64,000 nucleotides of DNA from Macrostomum lignano. Taxonomy: Eukaryota. Both the position numbers and the translations under genes were made by a program. This document shows positions 38,801-53,126 of the stretch, one piece after another. The notes below the pieces were generated by a model that was given only the letters and a program-made list of their open reading frames with translations, was not told where the DNA came from and made no database searches. Location: the NCBI GenBank assembly GCA_002269645.1, contig NIVC01002786.1, forward strand, positions 1-64,000, given 5' to 3'. Each line of letters opens with the position of its first letter. The stretch's first letter is position 1.

Positions 38801-41800
38801 TAAAGACAGACAGACAAACAGAGAGAGAAATAGATAAACAGCATAAAATTAGTATATAGACTATTAATCTTGTCCACCTATATTAAGATATATCTAGTAA
38901 GCAAAAGACAAAAAATATTTAGGAAATCTTATTTTCTTTGATTTTTAAACCATTCTCCTAATAAGCCTTGATTTTTAGCAATAGCAATTCCCCTAATAGG
39001 TCTCAAAGCCTTAGCAATTCTCTTAATAATCCTTGACCATCTCACTGATTACCTAGTAAGCCTTAACATCTTGTAATTCCCCTAGTAAGCCTTGACATCT
39101 CATTTAATGATTCATCTAATAAGCCTTGACACCTCAGCAATTCCCCCAGTAAATCTTGAAATCTCAGAGATTCCCTAGTAAGCCTGGACATTTAAGCAAT
39201 TCTCCCTTTAGCCTCAATAAGCAATTCTCCCAGATAGCAAGTATCCCTCTAACAAAAAGCATCCCCACTTAGATTGCAAGCATCCTTAGCCTATCCCCAT
39301 ATAGCAAGAACCCCCCCCCCCCCCTAGAAAAAAGCTAATATAGCAATTTCTTCAAATAGTATAATAATCCTTTCCTCATCAAGTGCAATAATCATTTTCT
39401 TAGCTAGTGCAATAATCCCTTTTAAGCTAGTGCAGTAATCCTTTTCTTAGCTAGTGCAATAATCCATGTCTTAGCTAATGCAATAATCTTTTTTTAGCCA
39501 GTGCAATAATCTTTTAGCTTCTTTTATGCTTTACATGGTGCTTCCTTTATATGACAATGCTCTGTATTAAAAGCTTTTTATAAAAAATACATAGCTTAGA
39601 TTTGATTCTAGGTTGCTGCATTAGCAAGTCAGCCTATTTACATCTAGACTAGCTCTTATTGGATAAAAAAACAATTTATATCACTTATAATTCAATATCC
39701 ATACTAAGTCAGTTAGAGTTTAAAGCACACAAAGCAGTTATGTCATAATCAATTTCTTAGGTATTCTAGTTAGTCAGACTAGTCTCTATTAAAGTTAACA
39801 GTATGGTTATACAATCTCAACCATGTCCTATGCTATGTATCCAAATTGAATTTTTCAATGTGTTATGTTAAGTGTGTTTCTGCCATTATTGTGAATATAC
39901 ATTTTTGACATAGATATTACATGACTTTGTCACAAAATATATTTCAACTAATTTGTTAAACCTTGTTATTGGACTATAACCAAAGCTACCAATTCTCTAT
40001 CTAGGGTGGGTGCCCCTGGGAGCGTGAGGTCTGATCTCCTATCTTGTTATTAGTATCTCACTAGCAATCTTCATCCCCCAATGGGGGACATCTGGAAAGA
40101 ATCCTTGTTCTTTATAAAAAAACAAATAGACAGCAAAATAAAGCCTTCATAAAAAACAACGGACATTCCCTCTAAAAACTGGGATTTTTTTAGCATATAG
40201 ATGAATTTATATCACAACTGGTGTGATTTTCCTAAGCTGATACTGGCATATAAAAAAAGCTTGTCTATATGCTAGTCTACAGTATATATCACGCTAATTC
40301 AGAGCTAATTGTCAGTTTCTTGTTTGCAAAATCTTTTATTTTATTCTATTTATATGCTTTAAAGCTATTTGAAATCAGATTAGATGGCTTCATAAGCCAA
40401 AATTGCACCAACAAAAATTAGACACTTTCTCAATCCTATGATCCTAGCCCAATTTGTTGAGATCCTGGGATAGGAAAAGTCTGGGATATCCTGATCCCAA
40501 TAATAGGATTTTCAAAGTCTGGGATATCCCAATCCTAAAAATCCCAAGATTGGCAGAACTCTAGATTTTGTATTCCCTAATTGCCGATCTAAAATTATAA
40601 TTAAAAACTTAATGCATCCTGGGTTTTTTCTAAGGTTGGAAATCCAGTTTGCCAGCTGGCCCTTTGGGCTCAAAATCCAGTTGCCAATGGCTATTTTTAG
40701 TTGCCCATTGGCAACTAGCCAAATTCTCAAGGATGAATATTTCCAAGGCTTATTAAACATGTATGCACTGTATAATTGCGGGGAATGAGACTGTCTGGGA
40801 CTTGTTATTGAAATTGTCAATTTTCGAAATTGGCAACTGGCATTGGGAAAATGAAGTTGCCAGATTGACCTCTGATGCCAAAAATCCAATTGCCAATAAG
40901 ATTTTCAGGGGGCCAAAAAACCCTATGTGGCCCAAAAAACCAGAATGCATCTGCAAGGTAATATGATATAAGTTATTTGAAACAATGTTTGTATCTTATA
41001 AATAATAATTTATTACACCTACCTTATAAAGCAGATATTGAACCAAAAGCTTAGTTGCACTTATTGTATAGCATATCTAAAGGCTATATATAGCTGTTCA
41101 GTCCAATGTTGAAAACTAAGGCATTGCCACATATATTCAGTTTGTAATGGAAAAATGAATATCTTTTATTATCTAACACAAGTTAAATTAAAATTGTTAA
41201 TTCATTGAAGCATGTAGCAATTATATAAAAATGCTGCATGTAATATGTACAAAAAAAGACTTTTAGCTTAACATTCAATAAATTGAATAGAGACATCTTT
41301 TTGGGTCATAAGACTGTCAATGCACAAACAAATGGAGACAAAAATTATATACTTAAATATAATTGAATTTTTTTGAGATTCAACTTACAAGTAAAAAAAT
41401 GTTAAACATACAATATTAACTTGTATAGATTAGGTTAGATATGAATAAAGGTTAATCAAAGTACATAAAAATTAAAAACTTTTAGCAGATTTTAGATTTA
41501 GATTTCTAGTATACAAACCAGAAAATAATTATTTTTTAATCTAGTATACACAGGGAATAATCTTGACTATTATAATCTTGAATATATATAATTTCTTTTA
41601 AGGTTATAGGCCTATATTAAATTTCAAGTAATAAAAAATACAATTTTGTCATTGTTTTGACTAGTAATAAATATTTACTAGTTTTAAAAAAAAAGTTTAT
41701 TTATATATTTTGCATACATGTCCATGTAATACTATTTGTAATCTGCTCAAAATCACTAGAAGCCATAAAATAGTATTCTTCACTGTGTTCTGGGTATGCT

Positions 41801-41982
41801 ATGAGAAATGCACAAATGCTCTTAGAATCCTAGGCTATTGTAGGTAAAAAAGTACAATGATTTTTTTATGAAATAAACCTTATTCCTTGTGCTACACCTA
41901 TAATGAATGTCAAAGATCAAAATGAAAATTCTTACTGCATTTCGGTTTCAACTTTCGCTGCTACCAGCTATAATATTGGACC

Positions 41983-42945
41983 ATGGCAAACAAAGCGGCC
42001 AGCAGCTCTTCTTGCGATCTGCAGCAGGACGGCTCATTTCTCAAGCTGGTGATCTCTAGCATTCCAACCAAGACGCTACTATTCGACGCCAACAACAATA
42101 CGGTTAGCTATGCAAAGCGGCGCAAAGAGAAGAAGGAGGCTGGGGTCAGGCGGTCCTTTCCAGCCAACCAGGTGGCCGGCCACCGCGGGGCAGACGAGAT
42201 CGAACGGCTGCTGGAGTTCATCGAGAATCGGCCGCCTCAGACTGTCGGCTCGATGTCGCGTTCAGCGGCCGGAAGTTTGGACCGGAAATCAGCCGAGAAG
42301 GCTGTAAAAGAAGAGTTCAAAGCTGCAGTTGAAACGGAGGCCGAGCCAGCCAATGAGCAGCTGCAGGCTGATGAGGCTTCTGTTGAGCAGCCAGAAGAAA
42401 CATCAACAGAATTTCCAGCGGAGCCGGCTGAGGTGAACGCAGAGGCAGCGGTGGAGGCTTCGGACTCTGGTGCGGACAAACCGAGCTACGCCGGGCCTGG
42501 TTGTCGCGGCGGGCGAGGTGGCATCGGCGCCAACCGTCGTACAAATCTGACGCACTGCTTCGGCAGCAGCTTTGCCGGCAACTCCAGGTGTCCCGGCTAT
42601 GGCTATGCACCCGGCGGTGCTTATAATTATTACAATCGCCAGAAGCAGCAGTTCCACCATCAGCCGCAGCGTGGTTGCTTCCAGCAGCAGCAATTTGTTC
42701 GCAGACAGGAGTTCGTCAACTCTTACCAGCATCGGCAGCACCAGCGGCCGCAGTGGCAGATGTACTGCAATAATCGCCGGTTTCAACAGGCCGTGTCGCC
42801 AGAGCAGCACGGCCAGCGGCTGTGGGAGCTGGCCCGCACTAACAGGCTGCTGCACAGAGATCTGGTCCGGGCTAGCAGGGGCGACAGCCACCGCCAGCTG
42901 CTGGGATTTCTGTCCTCCTTGGCCAAAGAGGCTCCCAGTCGCTGA
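41983..42945 (+). CDS. Intronless hypothetical protein, 320 aa (basic/acidic N-half, G/Y/Q-rich low-complexity C-half)
   Basis: Strong ACCATGG start and a GC-rich open frame flanked by AT-rich DNA. Contains a GHRGADEIERLLEFIE helix-like motif. Family not recognised. Confidence 0.7.
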   Translation: MANKAASSSSCDLQQDGSFLKLVISSIPTKTLLFDANNNTVSYAKRRKEKKEAGVRRSFPANQVAGHRGADEIERLLEFIENRPPQTVGSMSRSAAGSLDRKSAEKAVKEEFKAAVETEAEPANEQLQADEASVEQPEETSTEFPAEPAEVNAEAAVEASDSGADKPSYAGPGCRGGRGGIGANRRTNLTHCFGSSFAGNSRCPGYGYAPGGAYNYYNRQKQQFHHQPQRGCFQQQQFVRRQEFVNSYQHRQHQRPQWQMYCNNRRFQQAVSPEQHGQRLWELARTNRLLHRDLVRASRGDSHRQLLGFLSSLAKEAPSR

Positions 42946-43529
42946 ACCAGCTTTGCTCTGTGCCACAGTTGAAACACTTCTTAATTACGCTTTACATACC
43001 TGCTTTTCAACTCATTCTTCACGTCTACCGGTTTCGTTTCGTTTTTTTATTAAGCCAACTTTAGAATAATTTTTTGTGTATATCCGATCCTATTTTTCGA
43101 AAATCAGTGTTATACTATGCTATTATATTATGCCTACCTGCATACAAAAGCTCAATTTATTATTGTTGTTGCATTCATTTTAAAATTTTATAGGCAAATT
43201 TATCCTGCCGGCTTCCCGTTTCAATTCTAAACTGCTGTAGCCTAGTAAGTGTACTCTTACGCTATGAGCGTCTTTGTGAAGCACAACTTGCCAGCCAGTC
43301 AGCCTTTTTATCGGCTCTGCCTTCTCATTTTAGTATTCCAAATCTTACTCTCTACAGCTTAAACAATGGTGTCGCGTCAATTACTCGGTGGATTCAGAGA
43401 TGCCTGTAGCTCACATTGTAGCAAGCAAGACTCATCTTATTTGAGCAGTTCATCCAACTTACATCTATTCCTGTAATCCCATCCTATTCATTATCTCCGT
43501 CTCATCAATGACGTCCCCATTCCATGCCA

Positions 43530-44320
43530 TTTCAATCCATCCCATTCCCCATCCCCAGTCCTATCCCATTCCCAATTACCAATCTAATGTGATTATTCAT
43601 TCCTAATCTCATTCCATTCTCCATCCCTAATCCCATTCCCATCCCTAATGCATCCCACTCCCCACTCCCTAATCCCACCCCATTTCCCATTCCCAATACC
43701 ATCCCCAATTCATCGCATTCCCTACTCCATAATCCCACCATTCCCCATTCCCAATACCATCCCCAATGCATCCCATTCCCCACTCCCTAATCCCATCCCA
43801 TTCCCCACTCCCTAATCCCATCCCATTCCCCATTCCCAATACCATCCCCAATGCATCCCATTCCCCATTCCTAATCCCATCCCATTCCCCATTCCCAATA
43901 CCATCCCCAATGCATCCCATTCCCCACTCCCTAATCCCACCCATTCCCCATTCCCAATACCATCCCCAATGCATCCCATTCCCTGCTCCCTAATCCCACC
44001 CCATTCCCCATTCCCAATACCATCCCCAATGCATCCCATTCCCTGCTCCCTAATCCCACCCCATTCCCCATTCCCAATACCATCCCCAATGCATCCCATT
44101 CCCTGCTCCCTAATCCCACCCCATTCCCCATTCCCAATACCATCCCCAATGCATCCCATTCCCCATTCCTAATCCCATCCCATTCCCCATTCCCAATACC
44201 ATCCCCAATGAATCCCATTCCCCACTCCCTAATCCCACCCCATTCCCCATTCCTAATCTCATCCCTGATACATCCCAGTCCCTATCCTATTCCCCATCCC
44301 TTTCCCATTCCCAAGCTGGG
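43530..44320. repeat. C-rich (CCCATT/CCCAAT)-based minisatellite with ~60-bp higher-order unit
   Basis: Tandem units. Confidence 0.93.
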
Positions 44321-45049
44321 AGCTATGCTCTCTGGCTTGTGATTCAAGTTCGCATCTGCTTTTTCAATTTTAATAAATACACCAAACTCCTAGCGCCTCT
44401 GAAAGAGTCCAGGCCCTAGAAAACTTTGCATACACTGAACTCCATACTGCGCCAGCGTCTATTAAATATAGATAAATATTAAATATTTACGACAATAACA
44501 AAAGTGCAAAATGCGCTTTAAGTAATGCTTAGTTTACATTAAATACTATATTAAGTGACTTTCTGAGAGGTATAGAAACATTATTCATCTTAGCATTTAA
44601 ATGTCCCAGTCTATGAAATTTGCTATTTAGTTTACCGTTGCATTAATTAGATTTATTTATTATCACCATTTATATTCTCGCAATAGCCTCTGAGCGAACA
44701 GTGATCGCCTGTATCGCAGTTTATCTATTCTCTGCCTTATTTCATTTTTGCTTATATTCATATTTCACTTGGCATTGTTTTGCTACAAGAAAATACTTTA
44801 TGCGTACTATTATATTCAGTTTGTCGTTTGCCAACTTGCACCAATTCTAAGTCGCATTTGTCCTTTCTACAGCAATCCCCTGTGTGTTTTTTGTCTTAAT
44901 AATCACCTCCCACTTCTCCTGCAAATTACATGCGTAACATGCGTTTTTACCGTTGCTTATATCTTCTTTTCAAGTTTATTCTCGGAAATGCTTCGCCTTC
45001 CATTCCTTGTTTCTGTTCTTTTAACAACTTTGTGTGCGACTGGAAATGG

Positions 45050-47165
45050 CACACATGCTACTGGACAGGTAGCACACATACTGATAGACAGGTAGCACAT
45101 ACTAATAGACAGGTATCACACCCACTGATGGACAGGTAACACACATACTGATGGACAGGTATCACACCCACTGAAGGACAGGTAACACACATACTGATGG
45201 ACAGGTAGCACATACTGATGGACAGGTATCACACCCACTGATGGACATTGGACAGGTAGCACATACTGATAGAACAGGTAGCACATACTGACAGACACGT
45301 AGCACATACTGATAGACAGGTGGCACATGCTGATAGACAGGTGGCACATGCTGATAGACAGGTAGCACATGCTGATAGACAGGTAGCACACGCTGATAGA
45401 CAGGTGGCACATGCTGATAGACAGGTAGCACATGCTGATAGACAGGTAGCACACGCTGATAGACAGGTAGCACACAGTCTGATGGACAGGTAGCACATAC
45501 TGATAGATAGGTAGCACACATGCTGATAGACAGGTGTCACACCCACTGATGGACAGGTAACACACATACTGATGGACAGGTATCACACCCACTGAAGGAC
45601 AGGTAACACACATACTGATGGACAGGTAGCACATACTGATGGACAGGTATCACACCCACTGATGGACATTGGACAGGTAGCACATACTGATAGAACAGGT
45701 AGCACATACTGACAGACACGTAGCACATACTGATAGACAGGTGGCACATGCTGATAGACAGGTGGCACATGCTGATAGACAGGTAGCACATGCTGATAGA
45801 CAGGTAGCACACGCTGATAGACAGGTAGCACACAGTCTGATGGACAGGTAGCACATACTGATAGATAGGTAGCACACATGCTGATAGACAGGTGTCACAC
45901 CCACTGATGGACAGGTAACACACATACTGATGGACAGGTATCACACCCACTGAAGGACAGGTAACACACATACTGATGGACAGGTATCACATACTGATGG
46001 ACAGGTATCACACCCACTGATGGACAGGTATCACATACTAATAGACAGGTATCACACCCACTGATGGACAGGTAACACACATACTGATGGACAGGTATCA
46101 CACCCACTGAAGGACAGGTAACACACATACTGATGGACAGGTAGCACATACTGATGGACAGGTATCACACCCACTGATGGACATTGGACAGGTAGCACAT
46201 ACTGATAGAACAGGTAGCACATACTGACAGACACGTAGCACATACTGATAGACAGGTGGCACATGCTGATAGACAGGTGGCACATGCTGATAGACAGGTA
46301 GCACATGCTGATAGACAGGTAGCACACGCTGATAGACAGGTAGCACACAGTCTGATGGACAGGTAGCACATGCTGATAGATAGGTAGCACACATGCTGAT
46401 AGACAGGTGTCACACCCACTGATGGACAGGTATCACACCCACTAATAAACAGATATCACACCCACTGGTGGACAGGCATCACACCCACTGGTGGGCAGGT
46501 ACGTAACGTAGCACACCTGATGGGCAGGTACGTAGCACACCTGATGGGCAGGTACCACACCCACTGATGGACAGGTAGCATACCCACTGATGAACAGGTA
46601 GCATACCCACTGATGGACAGGTATCACACCCACTGATGGACAGGTAGCATACCCACTGATGAACAGGTAGCATACCCACTGATGGACAGGTATCACACCC
46701 ACTGATGAACAGGTAGCATACCCACTGATGGACAGGTATCACACCCACTGATGAACAGGTAGCATACCCACTGATGGACAGGTAGCATACCCACTGATGG
46801 ACAGGTAGCATACCCACTGATGGACAGGTATCACACCCACTGATGGACAGGTATCACACCCACTGATGGACAGGTAGCATACCCACTGATGAACAGGTAG
46901 CATACCCACTGATGGACAGGTATCACACCCACTGATGGACAGGTAGCATACCCACTGATGAACAGGTAGCATACCCACTGATGGACAGGTATCACACCCA
47001 CTGATGGACAGGTATCACACCCACTGATGGACAGGTAGCATACCCACTGATGAACAGGTAGCATACCCACTGATGGACAGGTAGCATACCCACTGATGAA
47101 CAGGTAGCATACCCACTGATAAACAGGTAGCATACCCACTGATAAACAGGTATCAACCCACTGGT
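45050..47165. repeat. ~20-21-bp minisatellite (CACCCACTGATGGACAGGTAK)n with ~400-420-bp higher-order duplications
   Basis: Near-identical ORF translations recur at 45162, 45583 and 46098. Confidence 0.95.
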
Positions 47166-47559
47166 GGAAAGCTAGTACATCCACAAATAGGCAGGTAAAA
47201 GCAGCACAGAACCAATGACAAGCATTTGCCCTACTAAAAACGCTATATGAATTTGGTCTACGAACTTTGCCAGCCGGGAAAGTTTCCAGCGGAGTTCGAT
47301 CATTTGCAGCAACAAAGGTACCAGCTCAGAATTCGAGCAGCTATCTAATTTTACAATCATAAATCAATCATTCTATAGGTTTAATGTAGATTATAGGAAC
47401 TTAGTTATATCTATTACATTGTTTCTGAATGTTAGCTGCATAAAAATATCTGTACTTTAAACAAAATATTCGCTCTTTGGGGTGTCTTAATACAGGTTTC
47501 TTTCGAGCCTAATATAATGAATCTATCCAATGTTTGTCTCTCAACTCAATCCTGATACA

Positions 47560-48715
47560 ATATGTTTAATTTGTCCACCTCAATCCTGACACAATGTTTA
47601 ATTTGTCTCACCTCCATCCTGACACAATGTTTAATTTGTCTCACTTCAATCCTGACACAATGTTTAATTTGTCTCACTTCAATCCTGACACAATGTTTAA
47701 TTTGTCTCACTTCAATCCTGACACAATGTTTAATTTGTCTCACTTCAATCCTGACACAATGTTTAATTTGTCTCACTTCAATCCTGACAATGTTTAATTT
47801 GTCTCACCTCCATCCTGACACAATGTTTAATTTGTCTCACCTCCATCCTGACACAATGTTTAATTTGTCTCACCTCCATCCTGACACAATGTTTAATTTG
47901 TCTCACTTCAATCCTGACACAATGTTTAATTTGTCTCACTTCAATCCTGACACAATGTTTAATTTGTCTCACCTCCATCCTGACACAATGTTTAATTTGT
48001 CTCACTTCAATCCTGACACAATGTTTAATTTGTCTCACTTCAATCCTGACACAATGTTTAATTTGTCTCACTTCAATCCTGACAATGTTTAATTTGTCTC
48101 TCACCTCCATCCTGACAATGTTTAATTTGTCTCACTTCAATCCTGACACAATGTTTAATTTGTCTCACTTCAATCCTGACACAATGTTTAATTTGTCTCA
48201 CTTCAATCCTGACAATGTTTAATTTGTCTCACTTCAATCCTGACAATGTTTAATTTGTCTCTCACCTCCATCCTGACAATGTTTAATTTGTCTCAACCTC
48301 CATCCTGACACAATGTTTAATTTGTCTCACTTCAATCCTGACAATGTTTAATTTGTCTCTCACCTCCATCCTGACACAGTGTTTAATTTGTCTCACCTCA
48401 ATCCTGACAATGTTTAATTTGTCTCTCACCTCCATCCTGACACAGTGTTTAATTTGTCTCACCTCAATCCTGACAATGTTTAATTTGTCTCTCACCTCCA
48501 TCCTGACACAGTGTTTAATTTGTCTCAACCTCCATCCTGACACAATGTTTAATTTGTCTCACTTCAATCCTGACAATGTTTAATTTGTCTCTCACCTCCA
48601 TCCTGACACAGTGTTTAATTTGTCTCACCTCAATCCTGACAATGTTTAATTTGTCTCTCACCTCCATCCTGACACAGTGTTTAATTTGTCTCACCTCAAT
48701 CCTGACAATGTTTTG
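47560..48715. repeat. 31-33-bp minisatellite (TGTTTAATTTGTCTCACTTCAATCCTGACACAA)n
   Basis: Tandem units; 11-aa periodic ORFs. Confidence 0.96.
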
Positions 48716-49766
48716 TCTCAAATGCAACAGGCTAAGCATACTTTGTAAATTGGAAAGTAAAGATGTGGATGACATCATTGGTATGACAGAGTCGAGAAGG
48801 CCCTTTTACGCGCCATATCTGACATGTGAATTGCCTGGGCTAATGATACTATGAATTGCATATATTGCATATAATTGTCACATATAGAAAAATCGATTAA
48901 ACTTAATTTGAAAACGCGAGTAATCAGCAAAAAGTTGGGGTGCTTTCACAGGGTCGAAATTTCACGTCGAAAAGTAAATTATTTCACAATATCAAAAACT
49001 TTAGCAAGGGACTTCATAAGGTCGAAATTTCAAAGCGTTGAAAACTTAATTTAACAAGAACTGTGCAGTAGTCGAAATAGACTTCGAGTCAATGGCAGTA
49101 AATTAAGTAATGAAATGACAATTAAAACTTACAATTGAGACAATGACAATTATGGCATCCCGTAAATGCCATGAGAGTGGGTAGAAACGGAGGGTGGGAA
49201 ATTCTTAGTCAATTATTTCAAACTTGCTTTTTTAAGCTTTCAAACTTCAATCTTTTTAAAAGTTTATTCTCGGAGATGCTTCACCTTCCATTCTTTGTTT
49301 CTCTGGAACTACTGTTGTTAAGGCTGGCGAGGGGCCCAAGCCAAGGTACGAGTACATGTAAGTCGCAAAAATTCCCACCGAAAAAGACGTGGCACTAATT
49401 AGATGACGAGGCATTTAGCCTTAATGTAATAATAAATAGTTACTCCTGCCGTTTACCCAAAATGCGTTTTTACTTGGGTTTTTTTATATTATAGCTAAGT
49501 CGCACTGCCTCTGTAAATCAGGGGGTTGCGCCTCAGCGCATGTACATGTATGTTTGAGAGCACATCCGAAGGTAAGCTATTTGAGATGGCCCTTTGCACA
49601 GCCTTCTGCTTGAGCACGACGGAAGCAAATCTTCTCAGCCTCCCGAAAGCAGTCGGGGTGCTTTCACAGGTCTAAAAGAAAATTATTTCACAAGGTCGAA
49701 ATTTCACATTAAAAACTTGAATAGCAGCCACTTTCACAGGGTCGAAACTTTATTAGCTCGAAATTT

Positions 49767-50688
49767 CGGGAGCACCCCAACTGCCAGCCGGAAAACCGCC
49801 AGCCGACAACTGCCAGCCGACAACTGCCAGCCGACAACTGCCAGCCGAAAATTGCCAGCCGAGAAAACTGCCAGTTGGAAAACTGCCAGTCGACAACTGC
49901 CAGCCGACAAGTTCTAGCTAATTGAATCTACTGTAGCCTACTTATTAGCTAAGTAAAAAGTACGAAACTGTTTGGCTAGCAAAAGGCTTGTGGGGTAGCC
50001 TTAAATGTCGCCCTTCCCTTCCCTAATTTTTTCAGATTTCCATTAGAAGTGTATATGTGAAAGAGAAGGCATTCTGTAATGCCTATTGTAAATATATTTG
50101 TATTGAAAGTTCATTTACTTTATTATTTAATTTGCGATTGCGATTGCTATATGACGCAATCCTAGAAAAGTCTATTAAATTACTTTACTTAAATAAAGCT
50201 TTCAAAGAAAGAGCAAAGGCTACCTAAAATACGAAATTTGAACCAAGATGTTCGTGCAGGAGCCGAAAGTTGCCAGCTCTGATTCGCGCACATGCCGCAC
50301 AAGCTTACAAACTTTTGTTGGCGATAAAACAAAACAACTTGTAGCTAGGCTAACTGATTTCTGTAACAATGCAATGGCAACCTGTTTTTGCTGAATAATA
50401 AACTGATTTAATAAATAGTAAACAAAGCTGTCTACTTTCTAGCTAGATCCTGAATGCCATATTGCGGAAGGTGTAGTGTACGCCGGAAAATTCCGGCGTA
50501 CAAACGCTTTGTCTGGCGTACATCTAGCGTTTTTCTCGCTGGCAGTTTTCTCGGCTGGCAATTGTCGTCTGGCAATTGTCGACTGGCAATTGTCGACTGG
50601 CAGTTGTCGGCTGGCAGTTTTCCGGCTGGCAGTTGTCGGCTGGCAGTTGTCGACTAGCAGTTTTCCGGCCGGCAGTTGGGGTGGACCC
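49767..50688. mobile_element. Foldback/MITE-like element whose ~150-bp TIRs are built of 14-bp subrepeats (CTGCCAGCCGACAA)
   Basis: 49767-49915 is an imperfect inverted copy of 50525-50688. CGAAATTT flanks both ends (49759-49766 and 50689-50696). No transposase. Confidence 0.7.
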
Positions 50689-51643
50689 CGAAATTTCACG
50701 TCGAAAACCTGATATAACAAGAACCATGCAGTGTAGTTTTCTGCGTTGCGAAATTTCGATCTTGTGAATGTGGCTGCTAAGTTTTCTACGTTGTGAAGGT
50801 TCGACGAAGAACAAGACCAGCGTCTTAACACCTGGCTAATCAACCAAATTGATATTAAAAAGTGCTACATGAAGCGAGTGGCTCCGCCACTAGTGAAAAA
50901 ATTAATCATTGTCTACCTAAGTCTTTATTGCTTAAGCACATGCATTGTTTCATGAATGAATTTTAGTAGCCTTATATTAAATTGACTTCGAAGCGTTGAA
51001 AAATGAGCGTACACCATGGATAAATAATCAGCTGTCCCAGTGCGTGACGATTGTCTGGCGAGCGCCTGTAGGCGCGAGCCATAGACAAATCGCTGTCACG
51101 TGCTGCGACCGCTGATTCTTTGCATTGTTTTTCTGTTTGCCGATCCTACAGACAATGCATTGTTTGTAGTAACGGATTGTTCTGCATTAAAATTGTGAAT
51201 AATGATCGTCAAATTGCTAAACAATGACATATGTTTACTTTAACTTCCTTCACCCTAAATTCCTAAATTCAGCCATTAAATAGCAATTCCTTCACGGCCC
51301 CTAAAAGGGCCGTTTTATTACCGTGCAAGTGCAAAATTGTCAACTAGCCGTTGAGGTTCACGAAGTACAGGATTGAATCCTAAACAAACTTTAATGTAAG
51401 TAATGTAACTTACAATAAATACTCTTATGTGCATTAAGCTAAGATCACGATCTCTACCCAAAGTTACACAGTTGGGTTTTTATAGACATTCCGTAAATTT
51501 TTCTGTACGAACATACAGTAATGTAGCACATTGCCTGTTTTGAGTAAAAAGGATTATTACAGCTCAGCAGCTGTTCTATACAAGTTTAGGCAGGGGGTTT
51601 TGACTAAACTAAGCAGGCGATTTTGACATCAATTTAATGTGGT

Positions 51644-51659
51644 GGCCCTGAAAAGGGCC
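51644..51659 (-). promoter_or_regulatory. Histone 3' stem-loop of the H3 mRNA (AAAAC GGCCCTTTTCAGGGCC ACCACA)
   Basis: Perfect metazoan consensus with correct flanks, 109 nt after the H3 stop. Confidence 0.9.
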
Positions 51660-51767
51660 GTTTTAGCGTTCAGTTTGCTATGGACGGACTTTTGTTATAT
51701 GCCGATGTCGAGACGAAGCTAACCAATCGAAGGATCACCGGGATACGTTGCGAGACGATTGGAAAGT

Positions 51768-52184
<417 letters not shown>

Positions 52185-52802
52185 CTATTTAACTACAAAG
52201 CAAAATGAATTTAATAGTCCTCTGACGACAAGGGGATGGTGAATGGCGGCGAGATGAGAAAACGCGTGTTTATATAGCGCAGTTTCTATTATCATAATTT
52301 ATGAATCGTATTCTTATTGGCTGATAAAATTATGTTAAATTTCTATCATTTTTTATGCGCACTTCTACTCTAAGTAGAACTGCAAGTTTTATTTGTTCTA
52401 TAGCAGCCTGCTAATCCTAAGAAAGCTACAAACTCGAACGAAAGAAGTAGAAATGAACTAACCGAACAACACAAATTTCAACAGACAAAGCAGGATAAAG
52501 CAGAATTGATATGAACGTGACAACTCTGGCTGTAGGTTTGGTCTGGAGTGGAGTCTGGACAAGAAAAAGAACAAAAAGCAAGAAAGCAAGCTAAAGACCC
52601 GCTCAAACTGCACTCTTCCTTCGAATAAACGAGCCAGGATTAAGAATTGAAGTATGATTATATAGTTAGGTCTCTATTATCTGTGTATTGTTTAAATATT
52701 TTTTCTCGTAAAACTGGGCTAGGCCTAAACTAGACGGAGCTTAAGTTGTAAGACTAAAATTTCAAAGAAAGATTTGTGAGCCTAGTTAATCTCATTTTAC
52801 CC

Positions 52803-53126
52803 GAGATGATTGTTTCTTTGTGTAACAAAATAAGTTAGATTAGATTAATGCAAACAAATAGTGTCATCAATAAGCTAGCATTATGGTTTGCACATGTATA
52901 GGAAGAGTACATGTAAAACGGCCCCTTTAAGGGCACCCTCTGATAGTTTATATGGGAAGGGATGTATGAGATGGTTGTTTCTTTGTGTAACAAAATAAGT
53001 TAGATTAGATTAATGCAAACAAATAGCGTCATCAATAAGCTAGCATTATAGTTTGCACATGTATAGGAAGAGTACATGTAAAACGGCCCCTTTAAGGACA
53101 CCCTCTGATAGTTTATATGGAAAGGG
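52803..53126 (+). repeat. Tandem duplication (period 165 bp), each copy containing a degenerate histone-type stem-loop
   Basis: 52803-52961 repeats at 52968-53126. AAAACGGCCCCTTTAAGGGCACC at ~52915 and a variant at ~53079. Confidence 0.8.
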
